Positions 1 to 9,902 of a DNA stretch of 64,000 nucleotides are shown here, piece by piece. The notes under the pieces are model-generated. The model made no database searches, was not told the DNA's origin, and saw nothing but the letters and a program-made list of their open reading frames with translations. The translations under genes were made by a program, and so were the position numbers. How positions within the stretch are numbered: position 1 is the first letter of the stretch; every line of letters begins with the position of its first letter. Source of the DNA: Oikopleura dioica (lineage: Eukaryota > Animalia > Chordata); assembly GCA_907165135.1 (NCBI GenBank), contig OU015566.1, forward strand, positions 2,914,001 to 2,978,000, given 5' to 3'.

Positions 1-157
1 AATTGGGAATCTTTGAAAAAAAAAACGATTTTCTCTCATAAAGACGGCGTATTTACATTTTGTCAATAACTGCTTGCTTAGCTCTCACGTTTATTTTTTC
101 TTGCTGATCCTGGCGAAACGCGTCCGTGAAAAAACCGCGAGAAAAAAAAAAGAAAAA

Positions 158-1372
158 ATGAGGGAGAAAAACGAAGAAAAAGATACATTAAATTTCATGC
201 TTTGGAATTTTTCATTTCTGTGTTCCTGCATAAATGGGATCATTATTTTGAGCTCGAGATGGATGGTGACGAACAGGAAGGAATCCATGAGTTTGGCAAT
301 TGGAAGTGAATATTGGAAGGGGATCTTTGCTCAATGTGTCAGGTAAAATTTCCTTATAAAAATTTTTATTACGTTGCAATTTCAAAAAGCGGCTCTGTAA
401 AAGTTGCAATAAATATTTCGTTTTTTTTTAAATCTGATTGGTCTACATGCCAAATGTGCAAATCTGATTCGTCGTAACTTTGGCTGAATATTGGTCCAAT
501 TTTTCCGTCGATTCATTCTGCCTCCTTCTTATTTATGAGCAAAAGTAATAGCCACTTATCCAAGAACTTACCATAATCTTATTGATGGAGAGAAATTAAG
601 AGTCTCACTATGTTAGCCCTTGTATAAACCTTGTAAGTTGAGTCCGATTCCACGTTTTGAAAACATTAACTCTGGGTCTCTCTTGAACAACGAAAATCAT
701 ATTCATTATTTTAAAATGAATTTTGAATTTTAAAAACCTCTAGCGCTAATGAGATGAATTTTCACTGCGATAATTACGAGGTCCCGTGGTTTCTATTCGA
801 CTCTTTGGTCCTTTCATCCAGGTTTTTCATGGTTCTAGCCCTCGTTTTCGTTATTATCGGCCAGATTCTTATGTTTGTCTGCGGTGGCTGGAATCATTTG
901 CTTTCAAGGTTAAAATTTCATTCCCTATTATTTTCGCTTAATCCCTTTTTCAGGTCGAAAGAAGAAAATCCCCGAATTTTCAAAAACCTTGTCCGGGTTT
1001 CTGCCTTTTTCTTTTTCCTTGCTGGCGTTTTTCTCATCATCGTTTCGTCTCTTTTCACCGATATAATTCTCAAGTCATATTCGAGCGACACGAAATTCGG
1101 TCCCGTCAATGGAAATATCGTCGTTCAGCAGCAAAATCAAAATACTGTCAGATACGAATTCGGAGTTTGTCTCTGTAAGATATTTTCAGAAATTTTGTTT
1201 TTTGAAAATTTTAGATCTCGGCTTCATTTTTGGGTTTTTCGAGCTCTCCCTTGGTTTGGCAACGCTCTGCCTGAATCCATATTTAAAAAGAAACCAAGAA
1301 GAGGAAGAGCCAGATGAAAGATCTGATCTTCAATACGGCTACGATGGCGAAACTTTTCATTCTTATCAATAA
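158..1372 (+). CDS. Claudin/PMP22-family tetraspan membrane protein (4 exons)
   Basis: Spliced reading gives TM1, then W-x-G-I-F-x-x-C...C (WKGIFAQC...FHC), three more hydrophobic helices, RYEFGxCLYLG before TM4 and an acidic tail. GT-AG introns at about 343-742, 910-953 and 1175-1213. Confidence 0.75.
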
Positions 1373-1550
1373 ACGCTCTTATCATTCCAACTCGTCGTTT
1401 ATTTTTTCCGAGATTGATGGTTTTAGTGAAGGTCATTTTTGAGTAAATATTCTGAAGCTTCTTTGTCGCATTCTTCCTCTATTTCAGCGTATATTTCTGC
1501 TGTTATTTCATCGCCATACGCATCCAATTTCTCTGAAAAATGAAGCTTAA

Positions 1551-2192
1551 CCTTAGCCGGTCAAGGTACTCCAATTTTGGATCATGGGTCATTCGATCGC
1601 ATTTAGCTTCAAAAGTTGAGGAAAAAATTTTATTTGAAATTCACTTTGAGGAGTATTTTTCGATCGCCTTTCGACTGGTAGGGGTTTTAACCCGTTTCAG
1701 ATTGACCAAAATGTTGGCAGAGCCTCATTTTCACGAGAACTCAAGGCTCCATATATGGCGCCGGGTAATAAAAGGAGGTACTCCATATATGGCGTCCTTT
1801 GACCGGTACCCGAGCTTTTTCCCGGCAGCGGGCCGATAAGTTTTTCTCGAAATAGATATTATAAAACTAGTTTTTTTTTTCATAATAATGATAAAATATG
1901 ATTTTCATCCGGAAAACAAGCAGAAAAAAGCATTATTTAGCGTTTTTCATCCGAAATCAGTTTTTGACTTTTTTCTCGTCAATGATCATCAGCGAGAAAA
2001 TTTTTTCGGATTCATAATTTCTTGGAATTGATACGATTAATCCATGCTTATATTAATAAAAATGATTTTTAATAAATTAATATAAAAATTTTCAGAAAAA
2101 ATTTTGATGATTTCTTTAAAAAAAGCCGCGCGGCGCCATATTTGGCGCCTCTTGGCCTGTACCCGGAGAAAATCATTTTTGGCCGGCTAGGG
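1551..2192. mobile_element. Non-autonomous TIR element flanked by TTAA, with CC..GG ends (piggyBac-like MITE)
   Basis: TTAA 1547-1550 + CCTTAGCCGGTCAA ... TTGGCCGGCTAGGG + TTAA 2193-2196. The TIRs match with 2 mismatches. Confidence 0.75.
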
Positions 2193-2196
2193 TTAA

Positions 2197-2754
2197 GGGG
2201 GAGGTCGACGAGAAATATTTTTTTCGACTTTTCAAAATTCTAATAACATTTTTGACTTCCTCAATAAAAAACAAGCAATTTTGGTACCCAGCTTTTTTCG
2301 ATAAGGTGAAGTCAACAGTGAAAAAATTTCACTCAAAGATTGGGAATTCGGGCGCGCGAGGCGGAAAAATGGCTCGGGACAAGCGAAAAATGAGAAAAAT
2401 AGCGTCGAGAGCGCGCCGCGCGAGCTCCTCTTACTTTTTCAATCGTCTCTAAGACATTTTTTCTGTAAATATAATTACATCATCTTGTCGCCGCCTGATT
2501 CTAAAGGGTCTAAACTATCAGTAAATTAATTTTGATTACAAAAAAACAAGTCGGGTTTCGAGATTTTTTGGTCAAGAGACACCCCTTCTTTGATCCAATT
2601 TTTCGCAAATTTTTTGAATGAAAATTTTTTTTTCTTCTCGCCGCCTGATTTTTTGAACGCTTTTCTTAACACTCGAAAGATCAGAATTTTGATATCGAGG
2701 CCGGTTTTTCAGCATTTTTGGTCACGGAAATTCCGATTCTCGTCGACCCCCTCC
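2197..2754. mobile_element. Non-autonomous TIR element flanked by TTAA, with GG..CC ends (Kolobok-type MITE)
   Basis: GGGGGAGGTCGACGAGAA ... TTCTCGTCGACCCCCTCC with TTAA on both sides. Relatives at 59957-60348 and from 63780. Confidence 0.8.
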
Positions 2755-2758
2755 TTAA

Positions 2759-3036
2759 CCCTACGCGCCAAATGTGCCATATATGGCACAAGGGCTTTCG
2801 AAAACCCATTTTTCTCTCCGTCATCATTTCGGGTTCTTCCATTTTTACTCATTTTCGGGCAATAGTCTGGGCTTGGGTTTGGGTTCATTTTTGAGCTCGG
2901 GTTCTGGTTCGAGTTCGGATCTTGGTTAAGGTTCGGGTTCGGCCATTATATGGGGCCTAGGACGACGGAAAAGATGATGTGCCATATATGGCACATTTGG
3001 CGGCGGGGGGTGAAATTTTAGTTTGGCGGCGTAAGG
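2759..3036. mobile_element. Short TTAA-flanked MITE (piggyBac-like ends) with an internal degenerate GGGTTC repeat
   Basis: TTAA + CCCTACGCGCCAAA ... TTTGGCGGCGTAAGG + TTAA 3037-3040. Subterminal palindrome GTGCCATATATGGCAC at both ends. Hexamer repeat at about 2869-2942. Confidence 0.75.
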
Positions 3037-3386
3037 TTAAGTTGTTTTCCGAAGAAAAAATTCTACTTACTATTTTCACATGTAAAATAAATATCGATAA
3101 ATGCGCCCATTGAATCGAACTGTAAATTGTACGCTGGGGTCGCGTCAATCTTCATGGCGAAAAATGCAAGAAGCGAAAAGAATCTCATTTTTTCTCAATG
3201 CCTAAGAACTCCAAATACGGACGTTTATACCTGCTTGAAGACATTAATGTACATTGAATATCGGACGTCTTGTCAGGAACTTGTCAGCTGTCGTTCAAAA
3301 ATCAGGAAAGATGGAGATATACAGTGTTTTTTCTGTAAAGAGAAGCCGGAGGGTTCAGAGGATGTTTATTTATTCAATCAAAATTT

Positions 3387-3706
3387 TCACAGTCGCATAA
3401 TCTTTTCGAAATCTTGTTCAGTCGGGGCGATTTGACTTGGTTTTGGTTTCAGGTCCTTTCTCTTCATGATGAGGTTGATGTACTTGTCGCAGGCGTTTTC
3501 GAGACTGTAGAAATTATCGGATTGGGTACTCGCCATCAGCTGGGCATATCGCTTATCATTCAACAGGAGACCTTAAAAGCAAAATAAGGCGGTTTTTCCT
3601 AGAAAATTTTACCTTTGATGCACAGGTTGTAAATATTGTGCAAATCGTAAATCTCAATCGCTCTTCCAAAAACACCAGAAATAAAAACAAAATTCAAAAA
3701 CTTCAT
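3387..3706 (-). CDS. Small secreted orphan protein (~92 aa, 2 exons)
   Basis: MKFLNFVFISGVFG-RAIEIYDLHNIYNLCIK|GLLLNDKRYAQLMASTQSDNFYSLENACDKYINLIMKRKDLKPKPSQIAPTEQDFEKIMRL*. GT-AG intron 3573-3612, TATA-like motif near 3742, AATAAA just after the stop. Confidence 0.65.
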
Positions 3707-3900
3707 TTTTGCCGTTTTCCCAATCTTTGCTTTTGCTTTTCTTATAAAGCAGAAGGACTTAATTATTGAACACAAATTGGAAGCGAATTGGAAATGCGGA
3801 ATTTTATCTAACCACAGTGTGGAGTTCGACTCATTTTAAATTAATTTTGATACTTTTCGCGTCCACTTTCGTTTCCTGAACCTTTTTAAGTGGTACTATA

Positions 3901-4068
3901 CAGCCGGAGTCCAAAATAAGGGACTTTTTTCGGTCCCGAATTTGCGAAAAAAAGTCCCTTAAATTGGTTCAATTTAACATTAGAAACATACAAAACGGGG
4001 CGCAGATTTTCGGCGTTTCGAGCCAAAAAGTCCCTTATCTTGGTGTCCCTTATTTTGGACTCCGACTG
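3901..4068. mobile_element. Tc1/mariner-pogo type MITE with TA target duplication
   Basis: TA + CAGCCGGAGTCCAAAATAAGGGA ... TCCCTTATTTTGGACTCCGACTG + TA. 23-bp TIR with 1 mismatch. Confidence 0.85.
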
Positions 4069-4233
4069 TATATACTCTCTTGGAAGCTTTTCAAATCCCT
4101 CTCGACTGTACTCCTTCTCCTCGAATAACGGGGTTTCTAGAGCTGAAATTGATGATTCCAAGTATCGAAATTTCTCTAGACGCGATGGAAAACAACAATA
4201 ACATCATCTTCAAATCCCCCAAAATCGTCGGAA

Positions 4234-4951
4234 ATGGAGAGAAAAGCGGATGTTAAAGAAATTGTCAACGACGCAATCGCTTATGAAAATTCCCTCTTGA
4301 GCAGAGGTCGTTCCAGGGCACTGTCGACGCCATCAATTTGCCGGGATGACTCGACATTGAAAATCAAAAAAGAAGAAGACGTTGGAAATCTACGAGACTC
4401 AGAAAGAAGAAGCCCTCCTAGATTTAGACGATTTCCGCCGCCGACAAAACGGAGGGATCGGCAAACAAGAGGGTAAGAAAGATGATTTTTCTTTAAGAAA
4501 AAACCGTTTAGGGGCTCATTGTCTCGCTCCCAGCATCATCGAAATCGCCGCCGAGAAGGGTCAGTCTTCTCTCGTCTTGGAACTATTCATAGAAATCGCC
4601 GCAACAAAGGGCCAAGAAGAAGATTTCGTCAACGACACAAACCATACGATAGCCTTTCAAGATCAGAAGACAATCTTTCTGTAAAAGGAAACGGTTCTTA
4701 AAGATTGAATTCTAATAAGGAAATCTTTGAGAATCTTTTACAAGTACTGCAAGCTCGAAAAATGGCATTGTCGATTCAGGAGCATCGAGAAAAGACGAAG
4801 ATTATTGAGAAAAAGATGAATGATGAAAAGAATATCCTTGATGAGGTAAAGTCATTGAATAGGAAGAAAATTGTACTGCGAGAATTTTAAGTGAAGACTT
4901 CTGATATTTTATTTATTCAGTTTTGAATGCGGTCTTACTAATACCGTATTA
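4234..4951 (+). CDS. Uncharacterised Arg-rich/coiled-coil protein (multi-exon, start uncertain)
   Basis: ORFs at 4234, 4519 and 4705 join through plausible GT-AG introns (about 4472-4510, 4681-4719, 4846-4920). Arg-rich SVFSRLG segment followed by a coiled-coil-like stretch. Confidence 0.45.
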
Positions 4952-5258
4952 GTGCTGACATTAGAATAATATAAGCTTCATTTTAATTTTCATAAAAATA
5001 AATATACAATTTTCGGACATCAGACTAAATTTGAAAAAGATTACATAAATATTCTCACGAAGATCATAAAAATCATGAAAAATCTTACCGCGATAAATAT
5101 CGTAATTAATGTTTCATTTTTTCAACTTGCTTGGTAAGCGAAAATTTTCTGACTATTATACTATCTGAACAGCTGTTGAAGCAGATGCATATCGAACTCT
5201 ATCTACCTGGCAATGTGCTCGCCAGCTTGTTTTGCCATCTGTTTAATTTTATTGTAGG

Positions 5259-5585
5259 TTTACGCTCGTCTACGAAAACTCAAACGCCAAAAAGAAGACA
5301 ATGAGCGCGATCGTGGAAATTACGAATGTAAGTTCTCTTTCGTCATTTCTTCTTACATATTTCTCAGGTCGCTTCGAGCGATTGTGCGCAGAACTACGAT
5401 TGAAGGACATTTACTGGAATGGCGACTTCCGAGCTCCTATTTTCAAGCGCCCCGACGATGGGCCTGATGATTCCAGTCTCCTTGAAGAATCAGAAGAAGA
5501 CGGAGAACTGCTTGATGATGATGATGACGATGATGAAGACGAGTGGTCCGACGATGAGACATTTACTGACGGTCCTGATGACTGA
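5259..5585 (+). CDS. 3' exons of an uncharacterised protein with a highly acidic tail
   Basis: VYARLRKLKRQKEDNERDRGNYE|CRFERLCAELRLKDIYW...DDDDDDDEDEWSDDETFTDGPDD* through intron 5328-5367. AATAAA follows. 5' exons not resolved. Confidence 0.45.
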   Translation, partial: FTLVYENSNAKKKTMSAIVEITNVSSLSSFLLTYFSGRFERLCAELRLKDIYWNGDFRAPIFKRPDDGPDDSSLLEESEEDGELLDDDDDDDEDEWSDDETFTDGPDD

Positions 5586-5882
5586 TTCTTTTCTTTATTT
5601 CTATTTTTATATTCAATAAAATTTTCGCCCTTTATAAGTTCAAAACTGAAATCATGGAAGAAAATTTGTTAAAGAAAATGAGTAAGAATAGCTCGTTTTA
5701 TGTTCTTTCCAAAATTGACAGTCATGATTTCTGGTCATATTTGTTAAAAGCGCGTGAGCAATTGTGATATCACCAGAAAATCTAATAGCAACTGTTTACT
5801 TTGCCATCATGCAGCATTTCGACATTTAAAAAGCTCATTTTCTCACAGGAACTGATCATTTCATTCTAAATATTGAGAGAAA

Positions 5883-6696
5883 ATGAAATTTTTTACAATT
5901 TTCGGCTCAGCTGTTTTCGCTCAAAAATGCGAAAAACCGACTGACATTTCGAACCCCAACTCGGAGCTTCACTGCATCGGTGCCGGCGGAAATTGTGGAA
6001 TCAATGAGGATTTTGCGAGAAAAGGATGGCAGGCATATTTAACTGTTCCCGGACAAACGGCTGAAAATACTGTCTGGACTGAGGTAAGCTTTTCAGATGA
6101 GCTCGGTGAAATACCCAAATTTTAGGCACAGAAATACTGTGAGTCCATGGGCATGAATCTCGCGACTGTTGCAAACGAGCAAGAACACAAAGATCTCATG
6201 ACATACACTGTCGAGTACGGGAAGTGCATGACGAATGTTACCAACCGACCTGGCAATTTCTTCATTGCTCTCAATCGAGTCAATAATCATGATGAGTTCA
6301 AGTGGACTTATCGCAATGCTCCTGGAGAAGAGGTAAAATTTCAAAGATGAAATTTGAAATGCTCATTTTAATTCTAGAAAACCTGCCTTCCATACGAATT
6401 CGGAGACGGGCTCAACAAATTTGAAACCGAAGACAAGCTCATCGACAAATTTTGCGTCTACATGGAAAGTGGATCTGGCTCAAACCAGTCGAAAAACTGG
6501 AAACAAGTCAGTTTTTTTTCTAATAGGAGCTTATTCGATGACCTCTTAGGTTGATTGCAACAAGAACCCAACTGGAACTCAAATTGGCTTTGTCTGCCAG
6601 CCGCGAAGAGATGTAGAAGAATGCAAAAGTGGCGCCGCCGGGTTTTCTTCCTTGAGTGCAATGATTTTTATGCTTGCATATTTTTTGATTGAATAA
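5883..6696 (+). CDS. C-type lectin domain protein with signal peptide and probable GPI-anchor signal (4 exons)
   Basis: WTEAQKYCESMGMNLATV, FFIALN, FKW, CVYM, WKQVDC, FVCQ motifs. Hydrophobic C-terminus SGAAGFSSLSAMIFMLAYFLIE*. Confidence 0.85.
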
Positions 6697-6916
6697 ATCC
6701 GAATATAGTACAGATGATCAGAGCATACACTCGATCCTTTCTGAACTTGGCTTCTATTAACGAACAAGAGCGAATGAGCCATCAATTATTGATGATCAAT
6801 ATGTGATTTCAAATTTGTTCAAACGATAAAATCCTGAATAACAGAATATATCAAGTAAATTCAACACCGTATAAAAGCAACAAGAGGCGTTCTTATTCTT
6901 TAATATTTTGGGTAAA

Positions 6917-7135
6917 ATGAAATTCTATTTTCCCTTTTTCATTTTCATCTGGCTAACCAACCCATACCTCGGTGACACTGACAGTGACTTCGTCAAGAAA
7001 CTCAAGGTAAATTTAAAGGATAAATTCAGTTTAACAAATTCAAAGCTCCGTCAATGGCGATTCAAAATGCGGCTTGCACGGCACAATTCCCATCACCGTC
7101 ACAAGAACTCACATCGTCGCATGCGAATTTTCTAA
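6917..7135 (+). CDS. Cationic His-rich secreted peptide family, member 1 (59 aa)
   Basis: Exons 6917-7006 and 7046-7135: MKFYFPFFIFIWLTNPYLG-DTDSDFVKKLK|LRQWRFKMRLARHNSHHRHKNSHRRMRIF*. TATA at 6870. Three paralogues nearby. Confidence 0.85.
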   Translation: MKFYFPFFIFIWLTNPYLGDTDSDFVKKLKVNLKDKFSLTNSKLRQWRFKMRLARHNSHHRHKNSHRRMRIF

Positions 7136-7408
7136 ATATCATTCAAAAAATAATTTACGAATAAAGATTTTCGAAATATGAATGCTAAGGTATTTGCTTT
7201 TGAAGATAATTATAGAAAACAATTTGCTTGAACTTTAAAGAAAGGCCTTCTCTGAAGACAAAAATAATTTTGTTGACAGTTGTCCCTGAAGGTCTGTCTT
7301 CCCGTACGTATAAATGACAATGCCGAGAATAACTGAATATGTTAACAACTGTATATAAGAAGCAAAATGTCCAATTTTCAATTGATATTGGTTTCGAAAT
7401 CTATTTTG

Positions 7409-7656
7409 ATGAATTCATTTTTTCCCTTTTTCATTTTCATTTGGCTTACAAACCCGTGGCTCGGAGATACTGATAATGAATTTGCTAAAAAACTCAAGGT
7501 AAGGAAGAAAGCTGGCGACGTATTATTAAAATTATGTTGGCTCAGCTTCGTCAAAATCGATTCAAAATGCAACTAACTGGACACAACTCCCAACACAGTC
7601 AGAAGAATTCTCATTCAAAGCATATGCGCATGCTAAAAAGATCATACTTCTCATAA
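7409..7656 (+). CDS. Cationic His-rich secreted peptide family, member 2 (66 aa)
   Basis: Exons 7409-7498 and 7546-7656: MNSFFPFFIFIWLTNPWLG-DTDNEFAKKLK|LRQNRFKMQLTGHNSQHSQKNSHSKHMRMLKRSYFS*. TATA at 7352. Confidence 0.85.
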
Positions 7657-7860
7657 AAAATTTCTCCTGTACCAAATAAACTAAAAAGAGAAGGTCAAAC
7701 CCAAACACAAATGGAACGCAAAAACACAGAAGCTATCAATACCCGTCCTCCGATTTTTTAATGACAATGTTTTCAATAACAAAAACACAGTATATAAGAA
7801 GCCGAATGACCTTCAAAGAACAAGCAATCGTTCCTTTTTTTATTTTTTTTTCTCGTTAAA

Positions 7861-8086
7861 ATGAAAATTTATCTTCCCTCGATTATTCTTATTTGGGTAA
7901 CCTCCCCGTGGCTTGGTGAAATTGACAATAATTTTGCTAGAAAACTCAATGTAAGTTTCGAGACAGGAAAAATATTGAATGAATATTAAGCTTCGAATAT
8001 GGCGATACAAGATGCACCAGGCTCTGCACAAAGCTCACGATAGGCACAAAAGTAGCATCTACAGACACATGAAAATATTCAAATAA
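7861..8086 (+). CDS. Cationic His-rich secreted peptide family, member 3 (61 aa)
   Basis: Exons 7861-7950 and 7991-8086: MKIYLPSIILIWVTSPWLG-EIDNNFARKLN|LRIWRYKMHQALHKAHDRHKSSIYRHMKIFK*. TATA at 7791. Confidence 0.85.
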
Positions 8087-8142
8087 TCATTATTTTTATT
8101 TTCTTCTTTCTGGATACAAAATAAACGAACCAACAGCAAAAA

Positions 8143-9306
8143 CTAATTTTTGGTAAGTGCGCAGCTCTCATTAATTGGAACTTTGACTTGAACTCGGCAA
8201 TGAAAATGATTCCACCTGCTGCAGACGATATCATTCCACCACGGCCCACCCCACTCTGTTGATCGCAAACTTTCGGCGCAATTTTCGTTTCCACCCGTTT
8301 TGTCTGGCTGTTGGGGGAAAGGAAGCCAATTTTCCACGGTCTTCTCGGCACCAGTCGGATTGTACCATTTTTCATCATTTCCGAGAGTCATTCCAAGCCA
8401 CTCTCGTCGATCTGGTTTGATGTAGTTGTAATGCTTTAGCTCAGCCTCATTGTTGAAGAAGGGTAAATCCCCTCCGATCTGGTTGCATCGCTTTTTTGCT
8501 TTTTCAAATTCAAGTGGAAAGGGCTGTTTTTTGAACTCAATGCAGGTCCTCTTGGCCGTGACTCCCTAAGGAACAAAATTTATAATTTCAATTGAATAAA
8601 ATCTCTTACCAAATCACAGCCCTTCTCCCACTCATCAGAATTGGTCCACCAAAGAGAGGATTTTGAAAGTTTTCCATTTGCACAGCGGGCTTGTCCATTT
8701 ATTTTGCCATTTTTGCATTCAATATCGTAGTACGCGCGATAATTTTTCGTTTTCTCGTTTCGATTTGGGAGTATTTTTCTTGGAACGAGTCTTCCTTTCA
8801 CGGAAAGTTTCGAGTTAATAGTCATTGCTTCAGAAAGACATGGAAAATTCTTGAGATGAAGGCATTGCAAACGCTTATTTTCTTCAACTTCACCTTTTCT
8901 ATAAAACTTGAATCAAAAAATAAAATCTTCCTTTACCTTTTAATTCTCACGATCCTGCTACCATCGTCAAAGCACTTGATGAACAGATTTGGTTCTCTAC
9001 ATCGCTGGGCTTGGCAACCTGTTAAGAAAACCTGAGTCAGGTAAGTTCTCTGAGTCAGGTTTTCTTCACAGGTTGCCAAGCCCAGCTTCGCCCCCATGTT
9101 GGAAAAGAATTATCATCGCACTTTGGTTGACACTTCAATTTACCCAGAGCCGTCTTTGTCCCAAGATCCTTGCAATCCCAGAAGCCATTCTTGATCGAGT
9201 ATCTATACCAGCTGTTATTGATCTCTTTTGCTTTTTCATAACATCGTTTCGGAGAGTCGATGGCCTCACAAATTTGAAAAGAAAAAAAGAAAATAAGTAA
9301 GTTCAT
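8143..9306 (-). CDS. Secreted protein with Cys-rich N-terminal repeats and a C-terminal QPD-type C-type lectin domain
   Basis: Signal MNLLIFFFSFQICEA. CTLD motifs AKKRCNQIGGDL, WLGM, QPD, ENC, WWNDIVC, FHC. Exon 1 is interrupted by a foldback insert at 9004-9086. Confidence 0.8.
9004..9086. mobile_element. 83-bp foldback (MITE-like) insertion in the lectin coding sequence
   Basis: GCTGGGCTTGGCAACCTGTTAAGAAAACCTGAGTCAG is inverted, almost perfectly, at the right end. Confidence 0.75.
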
Positions 9307-9649
9307 GACTAGCAGAGAGAAATTGAAAATGATCTGCTTACTGAATTCGAGCGCAAGGAGTGATTGAAATACGAGATGGATTATTTGACTTCATGTGCAA
9401 GTTCTTCAAATCTGTTAAGCCGCTTTCAAATGCAGAAAAACATCCCTCCTCAGAACTTCTTCAAAGATGTCTTTCTTGAAATAAACAGAAGTTCATTTCG
9501 CCGCAGAAAGGACAGAACCTATCAATATTGCGGATATAATAATCGATTTTTCGACAATAATTTTTTCAATAACAAAATGGTGTTTATAATTTACCCTCTG
9601 TATATAAGGTCACGTATTCCATACTGGAAGAAACACTCGATTTTATTAA

Positions 9650-9857
9650 ATGAGATTATATTTTTCTTTACTTATTTTTACCTGGGTGACAAATCCCTCA
9701 CTCGGCGATACTGACAGTAACTTCGCTAAGAAACTCAAGGTAAAAAATCAATATAAAAAGGTAACCAAATATTATTTTGTTTTAGCTCCGTGTTTTGCGA
9801 TACAAGATGCTTCATCCGGACAAAAATAACATGCGAGTTTTTAAAAAATCCTCCTGA
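9650..9857 (+). CDS. Cationic secreted peptide family, member 4 (53 aa)
   Basis: Exons 9650-9739 and 9786-9857: MRLYFSLLIFTWVTNPSLG-DTDSNFAKKLK|LRVLRYKMLHPDKNNMRVFKKSS*. TATA at 9601, AATAAA at the stop. Confidence 0.85.
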
Positions 9858-9902
9858 ATAAATTGTTCGAAATTTATTTAAATTGAAAAAAGCAGGACAA
9901 AA

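Noticed and set aside
1540-3148. Short ORFs within the stacked MITEs as possible transposases
   Set aside because: Low-complexity translations with no DDE motifs; the elements are non-autonomous.
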